Origin: Bacteroidales bacterium
GTDB lineage: Bacteria; Bacteroidota; Bacteroidia; Bacteroidales; VadinHA17
Direction of reading: 5' to 3'
Assembly (NCBI GenBank): GCA_035297425.1
Contig: DATGYZ010000022.1
Location: 25,228-89,227 of the forward strand
Length of the DNA: 64,000 nucleotides
In this document: in pieces, positions 1 to 10,185 of the stretch
Layout of the letters: the number at the start of each line of letters is the position of its first letter
How positions within the stretch are numbered: position 1 is the stretch's first letter
Position numbers and translations under genes: made by a program
The notes under the pieces: generated by a model
What the model saw: only the letters and a program-made list of their open reading frames with translations
Database searches by the model: none
What the model was told of the DNA's origin: nothing

Positions 1-87
1 GGTGTTGATCATCTCAAACTGCTCGTCGCTGATCACAGGGCCGGACTGTGTCCAGTAACAATTGAACTTTACAAAACCTTCCATCAT
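1..87 (-). CDS. 5' part of a probable class II aldolase/adducin-family protein (runs off window edge)
   Basis: Manual translation MMEGFVKFNCYWTQSGPVISDEQFEMINT, starting 4 nt after the mtnA stop; the EGxxKFxC N-terminus and position after mtnA fit this family. Confidence 0.5.
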   Translation of the reverse strand, partial: MMEGFVKFNCYWTQSGPVISDEQFEMINT

Positions 88-91
88 TCCT

Positions 92-1198
92 TCAGTATTT
101 CTCAGAAAACAGCTTTCTGATCTCATTTTCTTCAGCCCTGCACGTACCTTTTTCAGTAATAAGGCCGGTGATCAGACGGGCTGGAGTTACGTCGAATCCA
201 TAATTTGCTGCCCGGGCATTTTCCGGGCATATCCTTACAGTTGTTATCCCGGTGCCTGACAAACCTGTTACTGTGGTTACCTCCTCCGGGTTGCGCTGTT
301 CAACAGCTATCTCTTTTATTCCGTTACTGATATTAAAATCAATTGATGTTGAAGGAAGAACGGCATAAAATGGAATTTTATTGTCAAAGGCTGCAAGTGC
401 TTTCAGGTAAGTTCCTATTTTATTTGCCACATCGCCTGTCCGTGTTGCCCTGTCGCAACCAACCATGACAACATCGATCATTCCATGTTGCATAAGGTGT
501 CCTCCGGTATTGTCAGCAATAAGAGTATAAGGAATGTTATTTTCCCCAAGCTCCCATGCTGTAAGCTTTGAGCCCTGGTTCCTGGGCCTTGTTTCATCGA
601 CCCAGATGTGTACAGGGATACCCTTTTCAGCTGCCATGTAGATTGGCGCTGTAACTGTTCCATAATCAATACATGCAAGCCATCCGGCATTACAGTGAGT
701 GAGTATGTTAACAACACCTCCGTTTTTCCTTCTGCTTATCTCTTCGATTATCTTAACTCCATGTTCTCCGATGTGTCTGCAGTTTACAGTTTCGAGTGTG
801 CAGATTTCAAGTGCTGCTTTTTTTGCAGTTTCTATAGCATTTTCTGCGGAAGTTTCATTTTTCAACCTTTCAAGAACGTGGTTTACTGCCCATGAAAGAT
901 TTACAGCTGTTGGCCTTGCAGAAACCAGGTACCTTGCAGCATTCGACAGGTGATCCTTCAGGTTTGTCTGTGCTGTTAGATCAAATGTAGAAAGATACAT
1001 TCCGAAAGCTGCTGCAGCCCCGATCAGCGGAGCGCCTCTTACAGTCATGTCTTCGATAGCAGTATATACATCTTCAACTGACCGGAGCTCTTTTATTTCG
1101 AATGAGAAGGGAAGCTTCTGCTGATCTATGACCTTCACAACCCTGTCATCCTCATCATCTAACCAAATGCTATTGTAATGTTTACCCCCCGCTCTCAT
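92..1198 (-). CDS. mtnA: S-methyl-5-thioribose-1-phosphate isomerase
   Basis: Motifs MTVRGAPLIG, ARPTAVNL, THCNAG, DETRP, GDVANKIGTY, FDVTP. Confidence 0.95.
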   Translation of the reverse strand: MRAGGKHYNSIWLDDEDDRVVKVIDQQKLPFSFEIKELRSVEDVYTAIEDMTVRGAPLIGAAAAFGMYLSTFDLTAQTNLKDHLSNAARYLVSARPTAVNLSWAVNHVLERLKNETSAENAIETAKKAALEICTLETVNCRHIGEHGVKIIEEISRRKNGGVVNILTHCNAGWLACIDYGTVTAPIYMAAEKGIPVHIWVDETRPRNQGSKLTAWELGENNIPYTLIADNTGGHLMQHGMIDVVMVGCDRATRTGDVANKIGTYLKALAAFDNKIPFYAVLPSTSIDFNISNGIKEIAVEQRNPEEVTTVTGLSGTGITTVRICPENARAANYGFDVTPARLITGLITEKGTCRAEENEIRKLFSEKY

Positions 1199-1217
1199 CA
1201 GTATTTCATTAAAAAGA

Positions 1218-1225
1218 CAAAATTA
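1218..1225 (-). promoter_or_regulatory. Bacteroidota sigma70 -7 box (TAATTTTG) upstream of mtnA; similar boxes at 1322(+), 2774(-), 5420(+), 18328(-), 32265(-), 34313(+), 59014(+)
   Basis: Matches TAnnTTTG shortly upstream of start codons, in the correct orientation. Confidence 0.55.
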
Positions 1226-1346
1226 AAAATAATAAGCATTATATCAGATCATTGAAATACAGCAATTCTTAGCAGAGTTTCAAAAACTGACTATCCCGGA
1301 GAAATATTCGAAAAACAAATTTATCTTTGTTGAAACACCGGTAGAA

Positions 1347-1937
1347 ATGGTTGACAAAGAGGAATTCCGTAAAAAAATAATAATAAGTGCTGCAGGCATA
1401 TTCAGCCTTCGCGGTTTCAGGAAGACCTCAATGGATGAGATCGCCAAAGCCCTGAATATAGGGAAAAGCTCATTGTACTATTATTTTGAAAGCAAGGAAG
1501 AAATCTTCGAATCGGTTGTTTTGCATGAAGCAAACCTTCTTAGGAATGACCTTACAACAGCAATCAAGTCTGTGGAGTCCCCCTTAGACAAAATGAACAA
1601 CTATGTTTTTGTAAGGATGAAATCTTTTGAAAAGCTGTCGAATTATTACAATGCAATTTTTGACAAGAACCTTGACCATTTTGATTTCATTGAAACAGTA
1701 AGGGTGAAATACGACAGGGAGGAGCTTGCCATATTAAGGCTGATCTTATATGATGGTGCCAGGAAAGGGATATTCAATGTTGAGAACAGCGAATACACCG
1801 CAATGGCAGTCCAGACAACTCTCAAGGGCCTTGAGGTGCCGCTGTTCTGGAAAAAGAAGGAAGAGAATATTGAGGCAAGGCTCAATACGATCCTGAATGT
1901 GTTATTTTATGGAATAGTGAAGAAATCTCCCAGGTAA
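1347..1937 (+). CDS. TetR/AcrR family transcriptional regulator
   Basis: N-terminal HTH GFRKTSMDEIAKALNIGKSSLYYYFESKEEIF. Confidence 0.92.
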   Translation: MVDKEEFRKKIIISAAGIFSLRGFRKTSMDEIAKALNIGKSSLYYYFESKEEIFESVVLHEANLLRNDLTTAIKSVESPLDKMNNYVFVRMKSFEKLSNYYNAIFDKNLDHFDFIETVRVKYDREELAILRLILYDGARKGIFNVENSEYTAMAVQTTLKGLEVPLFWKKKEENIEARLNTILNVLFYGIVKKSPR

Positions 1938-1940
1938 CTT

Positions 1941-2750
1941 CTACTTCCTTTTGATTACAGCTCTCTTTTTTACCCTGGTACTCCAGATTATTCCTGCAAC
2001 ACCAATCAGTATAAATGGAATGCTGAGCAGTTGTCCCATGTTCAGTTTCATTCCCTGTTCGAAAGCAACCTGGTCTTCCTTGACAAATTCAATGAGAAAA
2101 CGGGCAGTAAAGACAAGAACGAGGAAAAGGCTTATAATCATTCCCTGCAGGTGTTCGCCTTTTTTTGACCAGTAGATCCTGAAGAGCAGGAAAAAGATAA
2201 ACAGGTAAGTAATCCCTTCATAAATTTGTGTCGGGTGTTTTGGAGCAACTTCATTATTCCTGAGGAAAACGAATCCCCAGGGAACAGTTGTTTCCACACC
2301 ATATATTTCTGAGTTCATCAGGTTTCCCATCCTGATGAAGAATCCGGCAAGTGCAACCACGATGGCGATCCTGTCCATGATCCACAAATATTCTTTCTTT
2401 TCTTTCCTTACGAACAGCCACATTGCTATAAGAATACCTATTGCTGCGCCATGACTGGCCAGGCCGCCCTTCCATATTGCAAGAATTTCAAGGGGGTGCT
2501 TCAGATAATACGATGGTTCATAGAAAAAGCAATGACCGAGCCTTGCACCTATAATTGTACCAAGGGCCATATATATTGTAAGCCTGTCGAGCACAAGGTC
2601 GCTCAGGTTTTCATTTTTAAATATACGGTTCATTATAAAATACCCGACAAGGAAAGATGATGCGAACAGCAATCCATACCATCTCACTGCCAGGTTTCCG
2701 ATCCGGAAAATCTCCGGGTTTACATCCCATGGAATAACGGATAAAAGCAT
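1941..2750 (-). CDS. lgt: Prolipoprotein diacylglyceryl transferase
   Basis: VRWYG, GARLGH, GGLASHG, RMGNLMNSE, HPTQIYE motifs; multiple TM segments. Confidence 0.96.
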   Translation of the reverse strand: MLLSVIPWDVNPEIFRIGNLAVRWYGLLFASSFLVGYFIMNRIFKNENLSDLVLDRLTIYMALGTIIGARLGHCFFYEPSYYLKHPLEILAIWKGGLASHGAAIGILIAMWLFVRKEKKEYLWIMDRIAIVVALAGFFIRMGNLMNSEIYGVETTVPWGFVFLRNNEVAPKHPTQIYEGITYLFIFFLLFRIYWSKKGEHLQGMIISLFLVLVFTARFLIEFVKEDQVAFEQGMKLNMGQLLSIPFILIGVAGIIWSTRVKKRAVIKRK

Positions 2751-2801
2751 AATTATAAATTTACATTGAAAGCCAAAGTTAGGAAATTATATTTATCAGG
2801 G

Positions 2802-3590
2802 TCAAACAGGGTATTCACGCCTGAAAATATTTCTGGTAGTTGCCTGTATCACCCCCTGTGGAAGCAGATTACCAATTGCAAAGATGAATCTTGTAAGGTT
2901 ACCCGGCATGTATACTTTCTTTCCTTTGAACATGGCCTTTATCCCTTTTGAAGCAACCTCTTCAGGACTGATGGAGGACGCCTTGCTAAGCCAGCCGGCC
3001 CGGTCAATCCTTTCGAGCACCTTATCGTTTGTTCTTACTGCGGATGGAACGAATACACAGGTCCTGACTGATGTTCCTTTGAGTTCTGCATCAAGAGCCC
3101 GCGTAAAATAAAAGATATATGATTTTGAGGCCAGGTAAATGCTTTTGTATGGTGTCGGCACATAAATACCAAAGCTGCTAAGGTTTAATATGTACGAATC
3201 TGTCTTTTTCAGTTCAGGAAGGAAATAGCAGGTAAGCATTGTAAGTGCCCGGATATTCAGAAATATTATATTATCTATATGATTTTCACAACTTTCAAAG
3301 GGACCTTCAATTCCTGTGCCTGCATTATTGACAAGTATGTTTATTGATATCCCGGAACTTTTTACAGAATCCCTCAGCTTGCCTGGCCCGCCTGGTTCAG
3401 TAAGATCTGTTTCAAAACTGAGAACCTTGATGCCATATTCCTTCATCAGGCTATCAGAAAGATTGGAAAGTCCCTCACCAGGAAGTGAATGCAGGGCAAG
3501 GTTATGCCCGCGTGATGCCAGAACTGTTGCTATTGCCCTGCCGATACCCCGGCTGGCACCTGTTATTAGTGCATAATGTTCTTTATCCAT
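2802..3590 (-). CDS. Short-chain dehydrogenase/reductase
   Basis: TGASRGIG, NNAG, YLASK (YxxxK). Confidence 0.9.
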   Translation of the reverse strand: MDKEHYALITGASRGIGRAIATVLASRGHNLALHSLPGEGLSNLSDSLMKEYGIKVLSFETDLTEPGGPGKLRDSVKSSGISINILVNNAGTGIEGPFESCENHIDNIIFLNIRALTMLTCYFLPELKKTDSYILNLSSFGIYVPTPYKSIYLASKSYIFYFTRALDAELKGTSVRTCVFVPSAVRTNDKVLERIDRAGWLSKASSISPEEVASKGIKAMFKGKKVYMPGNLTRFIFAIGNLLPQGVIQATTRNIFRREYPV

Positions 3591-4578
3591 TTATCTTTCC
3601 TGATTTCAGCCATTTTACAGTCTCTTCTGTTGCTTTACCAAAAGGGGTTATTGAATAATTCAGCTCAGATATGGCCTTATTGCATGAAAGGCTCCAGTTC
3701 TGAAGGTATTTATCGATCCAGTTTGAGGTAATAATAGGCGGCTTCCCGGCAATATCAAGAAAGAAGCCTGTAAAAGAAGCTATTTTCCTGAGGCTGGAAG
3801 CATTCACTCTTATCATCTTCCTGTCCGTGCCAAAAGCTTTCCCGAGAGTTTTAAAAAATTCATCAAACGAGATATTTTCTCCTCCGAGAATATAGCGATG
3901 GCCAGGCTTCCCTTTAGTTGCAGCCAGCAGATGACCATTCACAACATCGTCAATAAAAGCGTAGTTGCCTATGGCTGTCCCATCGCCCGGGATTATTCTC
4001 CATATGCCTTTCCCATAAAGCCTCATGATCTTTGTAACTGAATTACTTTTGGAGAGCTTTCCAGGCCCGAAAACTCTCGATGGATTTACAATTATCACAT
4101 CCATCCCGTTATGTGACATTTCTGCGGATATCTTTTCACAGATTGATTTTGTCTTTTCATAATCCGTATGATATTCAGGATCGATATTTGTAAGCTCATC
4201 AACAGCATTTCCATTTCTTGAATATCCCATTGTACCTGCAGTTGATGTCACGATAACCTTTGTTATACCAGATTCTCTCGCAGCTTTGAGCAGATTTTTA
4301 GTTCCTTCAACATTTGTTTTGTATGGTATACCGGGGTCTTTGGAATATGGTTGTACAAATGCAGCCAGGTGAAATACCCAGTTGCAACCCTCCATGCCTG
4401 CCTTCAGTTTTTCCACCGAGAAGATATCTCCAAAGGATACAGATATTCCTGCTGAATCAAAATTTTTCGAATCGCCAGGGTTTCTTACAAGTACATTCAC
4501 TTCATGGCCTTCCCTGACAAGCCTTTGTACCAGCCTTGTGCCAATAAATCCCGTTGCACCTGTTACAAATGCTTTCAT
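3583..4578 (-). CDS. NAD-dependent epimerase/dehydratase (extended SDR, dihydroflavonol reductase/HpnA-like)
   Basis: VTGATGFIG, FHLAA, YEKTK, VNPSRVFGPG. Confidence 0.88.
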   Translation of the reverse strand: MKAFVTGATGFIGTRLVQRLVREGHEVNVLVRNPGDSKNFDSAGISVSFGDIFSVEKLKAGMEGCNWVFHLAAFVQPYSKDPGIPYKTNVEGTKNLLKAARESGITKVIVTSTAGTMGYSRNGNAVDELTNIDPEYHTDYEKTKSICEKISAEMSHNGMDVIIVNPSRVFGPGKLSKSNSVTKIMRLYGKGIWRIIPGDGTAIGNYAFIDDVVNGHLLAATKGKPGHRYILGGENISFDEFFKTLGKAFGTDRKMIRVNASSLRKIASFTGFFLDIAGKPPIITSNWIDKYLQNWSLSCNKAISELNYSITPFGKATEETVKWLKSGKING

Positions 4579-5291
4579 CGGTCGTTTCTTATTTCTGATT
4601 TCAGGCTCAGGCTGTTTTGTTGCATCACGGAAAACACCTCAAAAGAGATGGCCATCGTGGTATGAGCAATAAATGGCAGTATGAATGAACCACTCATATT
4701 GGCCATAATGCAAAAAACAATCCCTGCAGGTACTGACCCGATCATTGGCAATAATCCCTGTTGATAATGGGCCAATGAATAAAGGACAAGATTAATGATC
4801 AGAGCCGGAATGAAACCGAAAGCACTATAACAGGTGAACCATAATATACCCCGGAACAAAAGTTCATAACCAGACAGGTAAATTATCCACCCGGCTGCGC
4901 CTCTGATCATATTCCGGGTGCTGTATTCTTTCGGATTTACTTTCAGCAGCCCCGACCTGACATTTTTTAGTGTTGAAATAAGGTACGATAGTGTCAATAT
5001 TCCCATGAGGATCAGAGCTGTTACACCTTTGAACTCTTTTATTTTCCCTGTTGAAAAGCCGATATCTGCAGGTGAAATGTCAGTAAACGAAAGCAAGCAT
5101 AAGGGTAGCAGCCCGAAAATCGCCATCCCGGCAACTTTTGAAGCGAAAACCGACCATTCAGGTTCAATATTATAACGTTTAAGGAGAGCTTCGGAAAAAT
5201 TATACCTTATTTCCATGGTAAAAACAAACAGGCATACCAGAACGAGAAAGATTGAAAAAAGAGCAGGAACAAAAAGGTAGGGTATCATCAT
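4575..5291 (-). CDS. CPBP (CAAX protease/Abi) family intramembrane metalloprotease
   Basis: YELLFRG, YSLAH, FIAH motifs in a multi-TM protein; ATGA overlap with the next gene. Confidence 0.75.
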   Translation of the reverse strand: MMIPYLFVPALFSIFLVLVCLFVFTMEIRYNFSEALLKRYNIEPEWSVFASKVAGMAIFGLLPLCLLSFTDISPADIGFSTGKIKEFKGVTALILMGILTLSYLISTLKNVRSGLLKVNPKEYSTRNMIRGAAGWIIYLSGYELLFRGILWFTCYSAFGFIPALIINLVLYSLAHYQQGLLPMIGSVPAGIVFCIMANMSGSFILPFIAHTTMAISFEVFSVMQQNSLSLKSEIRNDR

Positions 5292-5444
5292 CTTTATTGA
5301 ATATGCCTATTATTGGTCTTATAATCAATAAATTTACTAAGAGAATCACAATAATCAAAATTTCTCTCTTCTAAAGTTCCGGTCTGTTTATATTGATGAG
5401 GAACAATGAAAAAATGATGTAAGTTTGTATTTCTTTAGGCTTAT

Positions 5445-7202
5445 ATGAATATTACAGGATCCCGCAGAAATATATTTGTTTTATTACTGGTATTTATCGC
5501 CGCCTGTGCAAAGATAAGCCAGCCTACAGGCGGAGCCAGGGATAAACTGCCTCCCGTTGTTATCAGGAGCACTCCGTCTAATGGTGCCACAGGATTTAAG
5601 GGGAAAAAAATTGAGCTGTCATTCAATGAATATGTGGTGCTTGATAATATCAATGAGAAGCTACTTGTTTCGCCACCCCTTCTGAAGAGACCCAGGACGT
5701 CGATCAGGGGTAAAAGCATAATAATTGAATATGATGAAGAGCTGAAAGACAATACTACCTATGCTTTTTATTTCCTTGATGCAATAAGGGACCTTAATGA
5801 ATCAAATATCCTGGATAATTATAAATTCGTGTTTTCTACAGGCAGGGTTATCGATTCATTGTCGGTTACAGGCACGGTCCTGACAATTCCTGATCTTGAA
5901 GTTCCAGCGAAGACATCGGTACTATTATATAGTAATCTTCAGGACTCTGCAGTTGTGAAGACGTTTCCCGATTATATTTCAAGAGTTGATCCAACCGGGT
6001 CTTTCAGGTTTGATAATATAAGAAACGGACAGTACCGGCTTTACGCTCTTACAGATGATGATAACAGCAAGAACTATAACAGGGTTGAAGAGCCTTTTGC
6101 TTTCCTTGACACGTTAATAACAGTAACCACTGAAGGCAATTATATCACACCTGATACAACAGTTAAAACCGGCCGGAATACAGGAGGCGGATACAAGCTT
6201 TTTCTTTTCAAAGCCGCTCTTAAAAGCAGGTATCTTACCAACTCATCCCGTCAATCGAAGTACAAGCTTACCTATTCACTTTCACTGCCTCCCGATTCAC
6301 TGGATTTCACTTTCTCAATACCTGAAGTAGCGGATGACAAATATCTGATCGAAAAAAGCATGAGAGGCGATACAATGACTGTCTGGTTAACCGACAGTTC
6401 CCTTTATTCGTTACCGCTTATCAGCACAGTTATAAAGTACCCCTTTACCGATTCCCTGGGTAACGATATTTATCGCCACGATACTGTTGCAATGAGATTT
6501 CTTGCTCCCCGTATCAGGGGTACTAAAAGTGTACCGAAGCTCAGTATCAGCAATAATATTCCCGGAGGAGTGATCAAACCTGGCAGAAAAGTTGTTTTTA
6601 CTGCAGAGACTCCGCTCAGGGAACCTGATATAACCAGGACAGGCCTTTATGAAATGATAGAAAAAGACAGGCATAAAATACCATATTCACTTCAGAAAGA
6701 CAGTCTGAACTCAGGGAAGCTTGCCCTGAATGCAGCCCTGGTGGAAGGAGGACAGTATCTCTTTATTGCTGATTCGGCCGCATTCGGTAATATATATAAT
6801 GAGGTCAATGATTCATTGGCTGTAAGGTTTTCAGTTGGAAAAGCAGATTCATACAGCAGTATTTCAATAAATGTCATCAATTGCAGAACGAATTGTATTA
6901 TCCAGCTGCTCAGCAATTCCGAGAAACTCATTGCCGAACAAGTTCCAGGACCATCCGGGAATGTTGAATTTAAATTGCTCGACCGCGGAACATACCGGGT
7001 TCGTGCAATTTTTGACACAAACGGTGATGGCAGATGGACTACAGGTGATTTCTTCACAGGCAGGCAGCCTGAACCGGTATCTTATCTTCCAAAAGAGCTT
7101 GTGCTCCAGGAGGGATGGCAGGTAAAAGAGACCTGGGATCTCTCAGTAACAAATGTAAAGGATCCGAAGCTCAGGCAAAAGGCAAATACAACAACAAGGT
7201 GA
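5445..7202 (+). CDS. Ig-like (Big_5) domain lipoprotein typical of Bacteroidota
   Basis: Lipobox IAAC followed by PTGGARDKLPP and FNEYV; DTNGDGRWTTG near the C-terminus. Confidence 0.8.
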   Translation: MNITGSRRNIFVLLLVFIAACAKISQPTGGARDKLPPVVIRSTPSNGATGFKGKKIELSFNEYVVLDNINEKLLVSPPLLKRPRTSIRGKSIIIEYDEELKDNTTYAFYFLDAIRDLNESNILDNYKFVFSTGRVIDSLSVTGTVLTIPDLEVPAKTSVLLYSNLQDSAVVKTFPDYISRVDPTGSFRFDNIRNGQYRLYALTDDDNSKNYNRVEEPFAFLDTLITVTTEGNYITPDTTVKTGRNTGGGYKLFLFKAALKSRYLTNSSRQSKYKLTYSLSLPPDSLDFTFSIPEVADDKYLIEKSMRGDTMTVWLTDSSLYSLPLISTVIKYPFTDSLGNDIYRHDTVAMRFLAPRIRGTKSVPKLSISNNIPGGVIKPGRKVVFTAETPLREPDITRTGLYEMIEKDRHKIPYSLQKDSLNSGKLALNAALVEGGQYLFIADSAAFGNIYNEVNDSLAVRFSVGKADSYSSISINVINCRTNCIIQLLSNSEKLIAEQVPGPSGNVEFKLLDRGTYRVRAIFDTNGDGRWTTGDFFTGRQPEPVSYLPKELVLQEGWQVKETWDLSVTNVKDPKLRQKANTTTR

Positions 7203-7229
7203 GTTAAATGATACTAAACAATTTCAGCC

Positions 7230-8189
7230 ATGAGGGAAGTTGTTGCAGGAATTGATATCGGAGGGACAAATATAGTTTTTGGACTTGTCGACAGGCATGG
7301 AGAGATCGTGGCACATGATACCCTTGTAACTACAGAATACCCGGTATTTGATGATTATGTTGAAGCACAGTCAAAGGCTCTTAAAAAGTTACTTTCACAG
7401 AACAGTGATCTGAAGCTTCTTTCCGTTGGGATCGGTGCTCCTAATGCAAATTATTACAAAGGTACAATTGAACTTGCTCCTAACCTGTTATGGAAAGGGA
7501 TTGTTCCTCTTGGCAACTCAATCGGAAAGAGTACAGGTGTTCCGGTTGCGGTAACAAATGACGCAAATGCTGCCGCAGTAGGTGAGCTTGTTTTTGGTGG
7601 CGGAAAAGAAATGAAAGATTTCATTGTACTTACCCTGGGCACTGGTCTTGGCAGCGGGATTGTTATAAACAGGCAGGTTGTTTATGGTCATTCAGGGTTT
7701 GCCGGTGAGCTTGGGCATATGACTGTAGTTCCCGGGGGAAGGATGTGTGGCTGCGGTTTGAGGGGACATCTCGAAACATATGCCTCTGCAACAGGACTGG
7801 TAAGGACTGTGCTCGAGCTGCTCAGCATAATGCGCGAAGATTCTCCATTACGCAATGTTCCGCCTTCAGAGATCACCTCAAGGATGATAGCCGAATACGC
7901 AGCTGCAAATGACAGTGTGGCAGTAAAGGCGATTGAATATACTGCAGAGATGCTCGGCTTCGGAATTGTTAATTCCATAATCTTTTCAAGCCCTGAAGCT
8001 GTATTTCTGTTTGGCGGTCTTGCACAGGCAGGAGAAATGCTCTTTAAGCCTGTAAGAGATTATGTTGAAAAAAATCTTATGCCTGTGTTTCGTGGCACCT
8101 GCACCATCCTGCCATCCGCAATTCCATCGAACAATGCTGCTGTTCTTGGTGCAGCAGCACTCGCATGGAATGAACTGGATAATACCTGA
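7230..8189 (+). CDS. ROK family sugar kinase (glucokinase-like)
   Basis: GIDIGGT, NDANAAA, TLGTGLGSG, GELGH, CGCG..GHLE. Confidence 0.92.
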   Translation: MREVVAGIDIGGTNIVFGLVDRHGEIVAHDTLVTTEYPVFDDYVEAQSKALKKLLSQNSDLKLLSVGIGAPNANYYKGTIELAPNLLWKGIVPLGNSIGKSTGVPVAVTNDANAAAVGELVFGGGKEMKDFIVLTLGTGLGSGIVINRQVVYGHSGFAGELGHMTVVPGGRMCGCGLRGHLETYASATGLVRTVLELLSIMREDSPLRNVPPSEITSRMIAEYAAANDSVAVKAIEYTAEMLGFGIVNSIIFSSPEAVFLFGGLAQAGEMLFKPVRDYVEKNLMPVFRGTCTILPSAIPSNNAAVLGAAALAWNELDNT

Positions 8190-8198
8190 ATATACCTG

Positions 8199-8849
8199 AT
8201 GAAGATCGCTGCAGTTAACAATCTGAATATTGATCCTCAGGTTTCATCAATCAGAGCTATATCAACTCTGATGAATGACCTGCCGGTGAACAGGATTGAT
8301 ACAATTAACTGGCCTTCCTTTCCTTACAAACCTGATGTACAGTTTTCCATAGGATATTCAGGGAGTGAGATCTATATTAAATTTTTTGTGAAAGAGGAAT
8401 ATTTCCGGGCTGAGGTTTCAGAGCCAAACGGTAACGTTTATGAAGACTCCTGTGTTGAGTTTTTTATCTCCCCTGAAGATGACGGTATTTATTATAATTT
8501 TGAATTCAATGCCAGGGGTATCTGCCTCATGGGCTCAGGTAAAGGTCGACAGGACAGGATAAGATCTGATATCAGCTATATCAGTAAAATAAGAACATCA
8601 GGATCTTTTTCAGGTGAACATCCGGGGATAATTAATGGCAGGTATGAATGGGAACTTACAATAGCCATTCCTTCCGAAGTGTTCTTCCATAACAGGGTTG
8701 GAACAATAAGGAATTCTGAAATGAGAGCCAACTTTTACAAGTGTGGTGATAAAGTAAAAGTACCCCACTATCTGACTTGGAACCCGGTTAATACAACAAA
8801 ACCTGATTTTCACAGGCCTGAATCTTTCGGTTTATTGAACTTTCGCTGA
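8199..8849 (+). CDS. Carbohydrate-binding family 9-like protein
   Basis: VYEDSCVEFF, YYNFEFN, RANFYKCGD, PDFHRPESFG. Confidence 0.8.
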   Translation: MKIAAVNNLNIDPQVSSIRAISTLMNDLPVNRIDTINWPSFPYKPDVQFSIGYSGSEIYIKFFVKEEYFRAEVSEPNGNVYEDSCVEFFISPEDDGIYYNFEFNARGICLMGSGKGRQDRIRSDISYISKIRTSGSFSGEHPGIINGRYEWELTIAIPSEVFFHNRVGTIRNSEMRANFYKCGDKVKVPHYLTWNPVNTTKPDFHRPESFGLLNFR

Positions 8850-9084
8850 GCAATCCTGTTTGTAGAAAGTAAAGCAGGACGCTGTTAAACATTTCGGATT
8901 CCGGATCAGGTAAAATCAATTTTAAACATTATTTTTAATAAGCTTAACACCAGGGTATGTTCAATCATTTTGCATTGTCGCAGGATTCCCGTGGCATAAA
9001 ATATAAAGAGCCTTTTACCTAAACCAGGGTTTAATATTGCTAAATAATCTCAAGATAATCAACCAATAAATACCAGAAAGCACT

Positions 9085-10101
9085 ATGAATTTAAAAGATG
9101 AAAAATACAGCAGGTACGCACTTGTAAGGGAAATGTTACAAACACCTGAAATTATCAGTTCGTTTAATCCCGGAGCAGTATCAGGTTTTACAGATAAGAT
9201 CAAGAAGTCAAAAGGATTGTTTCTGACAGGAGAGGGAAGCAGCAGGATTTTCCCGGCTAAAAGGGCAATAAGTTCTTTACTGAAAAAGAAGTATTCAATG
9301 CCTGTTTTCACAGATGGTGCAACACAGGCTCTTGAATATAACCTCGATGAAATGGCAGTTTTTTTAGCATCAAACTCAGGCCAGACCAAGGAGGTGATCA
9401 GGCTTGCAAGCACGCTTAAAGCAAAAGGTCACAATTCAATTTATGGCCTTACTGCAAACCAGGGCACAAAACTTAGTGAGCTGGCATCAATGACACATGT
9501 ACTGTCGTGTGGAAAAGAGGATGCAGTTGCTGCAACAAAATCAGTTGTTGAACAGGCATTGTTTTATGATGCATTGCTCAGGTCATTGTCAGGAGATAAG
9601 ATTGGAAATCTGAAAGAAGTGGGAGCGAAATCTGAACACGCTCTTACGCTCAAGATCGACCCGTCGGTAACTGAAATAATCCGCTCGGCCGGCATTATAT
9701 ATTTTGCAGGCAGGAATAACGGAGTTGCCGAAGAGCTCGCCCTGAAAACAAATGAGATCACTAGAAAGAAATCAGCCTATCTTGAAGGCACCTTCCCCGT
9801 TCACGGGATAGAGGAGGTAATGGATAAGAATGAAGTTCTAATCTGGATTGATCCTTTCCGCCAGGAGATCGAGAAGTTCAACGATTGCCTTGTAAAGGGA
9901 GTTGGAATGAAGATAGTAACAGTTTCAACTGAACCTACAATGTTCCCGACAATTATAATCCCTGATGCAGGTGAATTCAATGAATACATTCAGCTTCAGG
10001 CGGGCTGGAACATACTTGTTGAAACAGGCATTTCGCTGGGTATAAATCTCGATAAGCCGACACGTGCGAGGAAAGTGGGTAATGAATATATACCTGCATA
10101 A
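9085..10101 (+). CDS. Double-SIS sugar-phosphate isomerase/deaminase (GlmS isomerase domain only)
   Basis: GEGSS, SNSGQT, EDAVAATKS, ELALKTNE, LDKPTRARKV; no glutaminase domain. Confidence 0.8.
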   Translation: MNLKDEKYSRYALVREMLQTPEIISSFNPGAVSGFTDKIKKSKGLFLTGEGSSRIFPAKRAISSLLKKKYSMPVFTDGATQALEYNLDEMAVFLASNSGQTKEVIRLASTLKAKGHNSIYGLTANQGTKLSELASMTHVLSCGKEDAVAATKSVVEQALFYDALLRSLSGDKIGNLKEVGAKSEHALTLKIDPSVTEIIRSAGIIYFAGRNNGVAEELALKTNEITRKKSAYLEGTFPVHGIEEVMDKNEVLIWIDPFRQEIEKFNDCLVKGVGMKIVTVSTEPTMFPTIIIPDAGEFNEYIQLQAGWNILVETGISLGINLDKPTRARKVGNEYIPA

Positions 10102-10105
10102 CATT

Positions 10106-10134
10106 AATCAGCCCTCCCGAAAAGAGGGCTGATT
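10106..10134 (+). terminator. Probable intrinsic terminator after the SIS gene
   Basis: Perfect stem AATCAGCCCTC / GAGGGCTGATT. Confidence 0.7.
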
Positions 10135-10185
10135 TGCTATTAAGAAATTTGTATATTTACCGTAGCAGGCGAGTTTACAGGAACA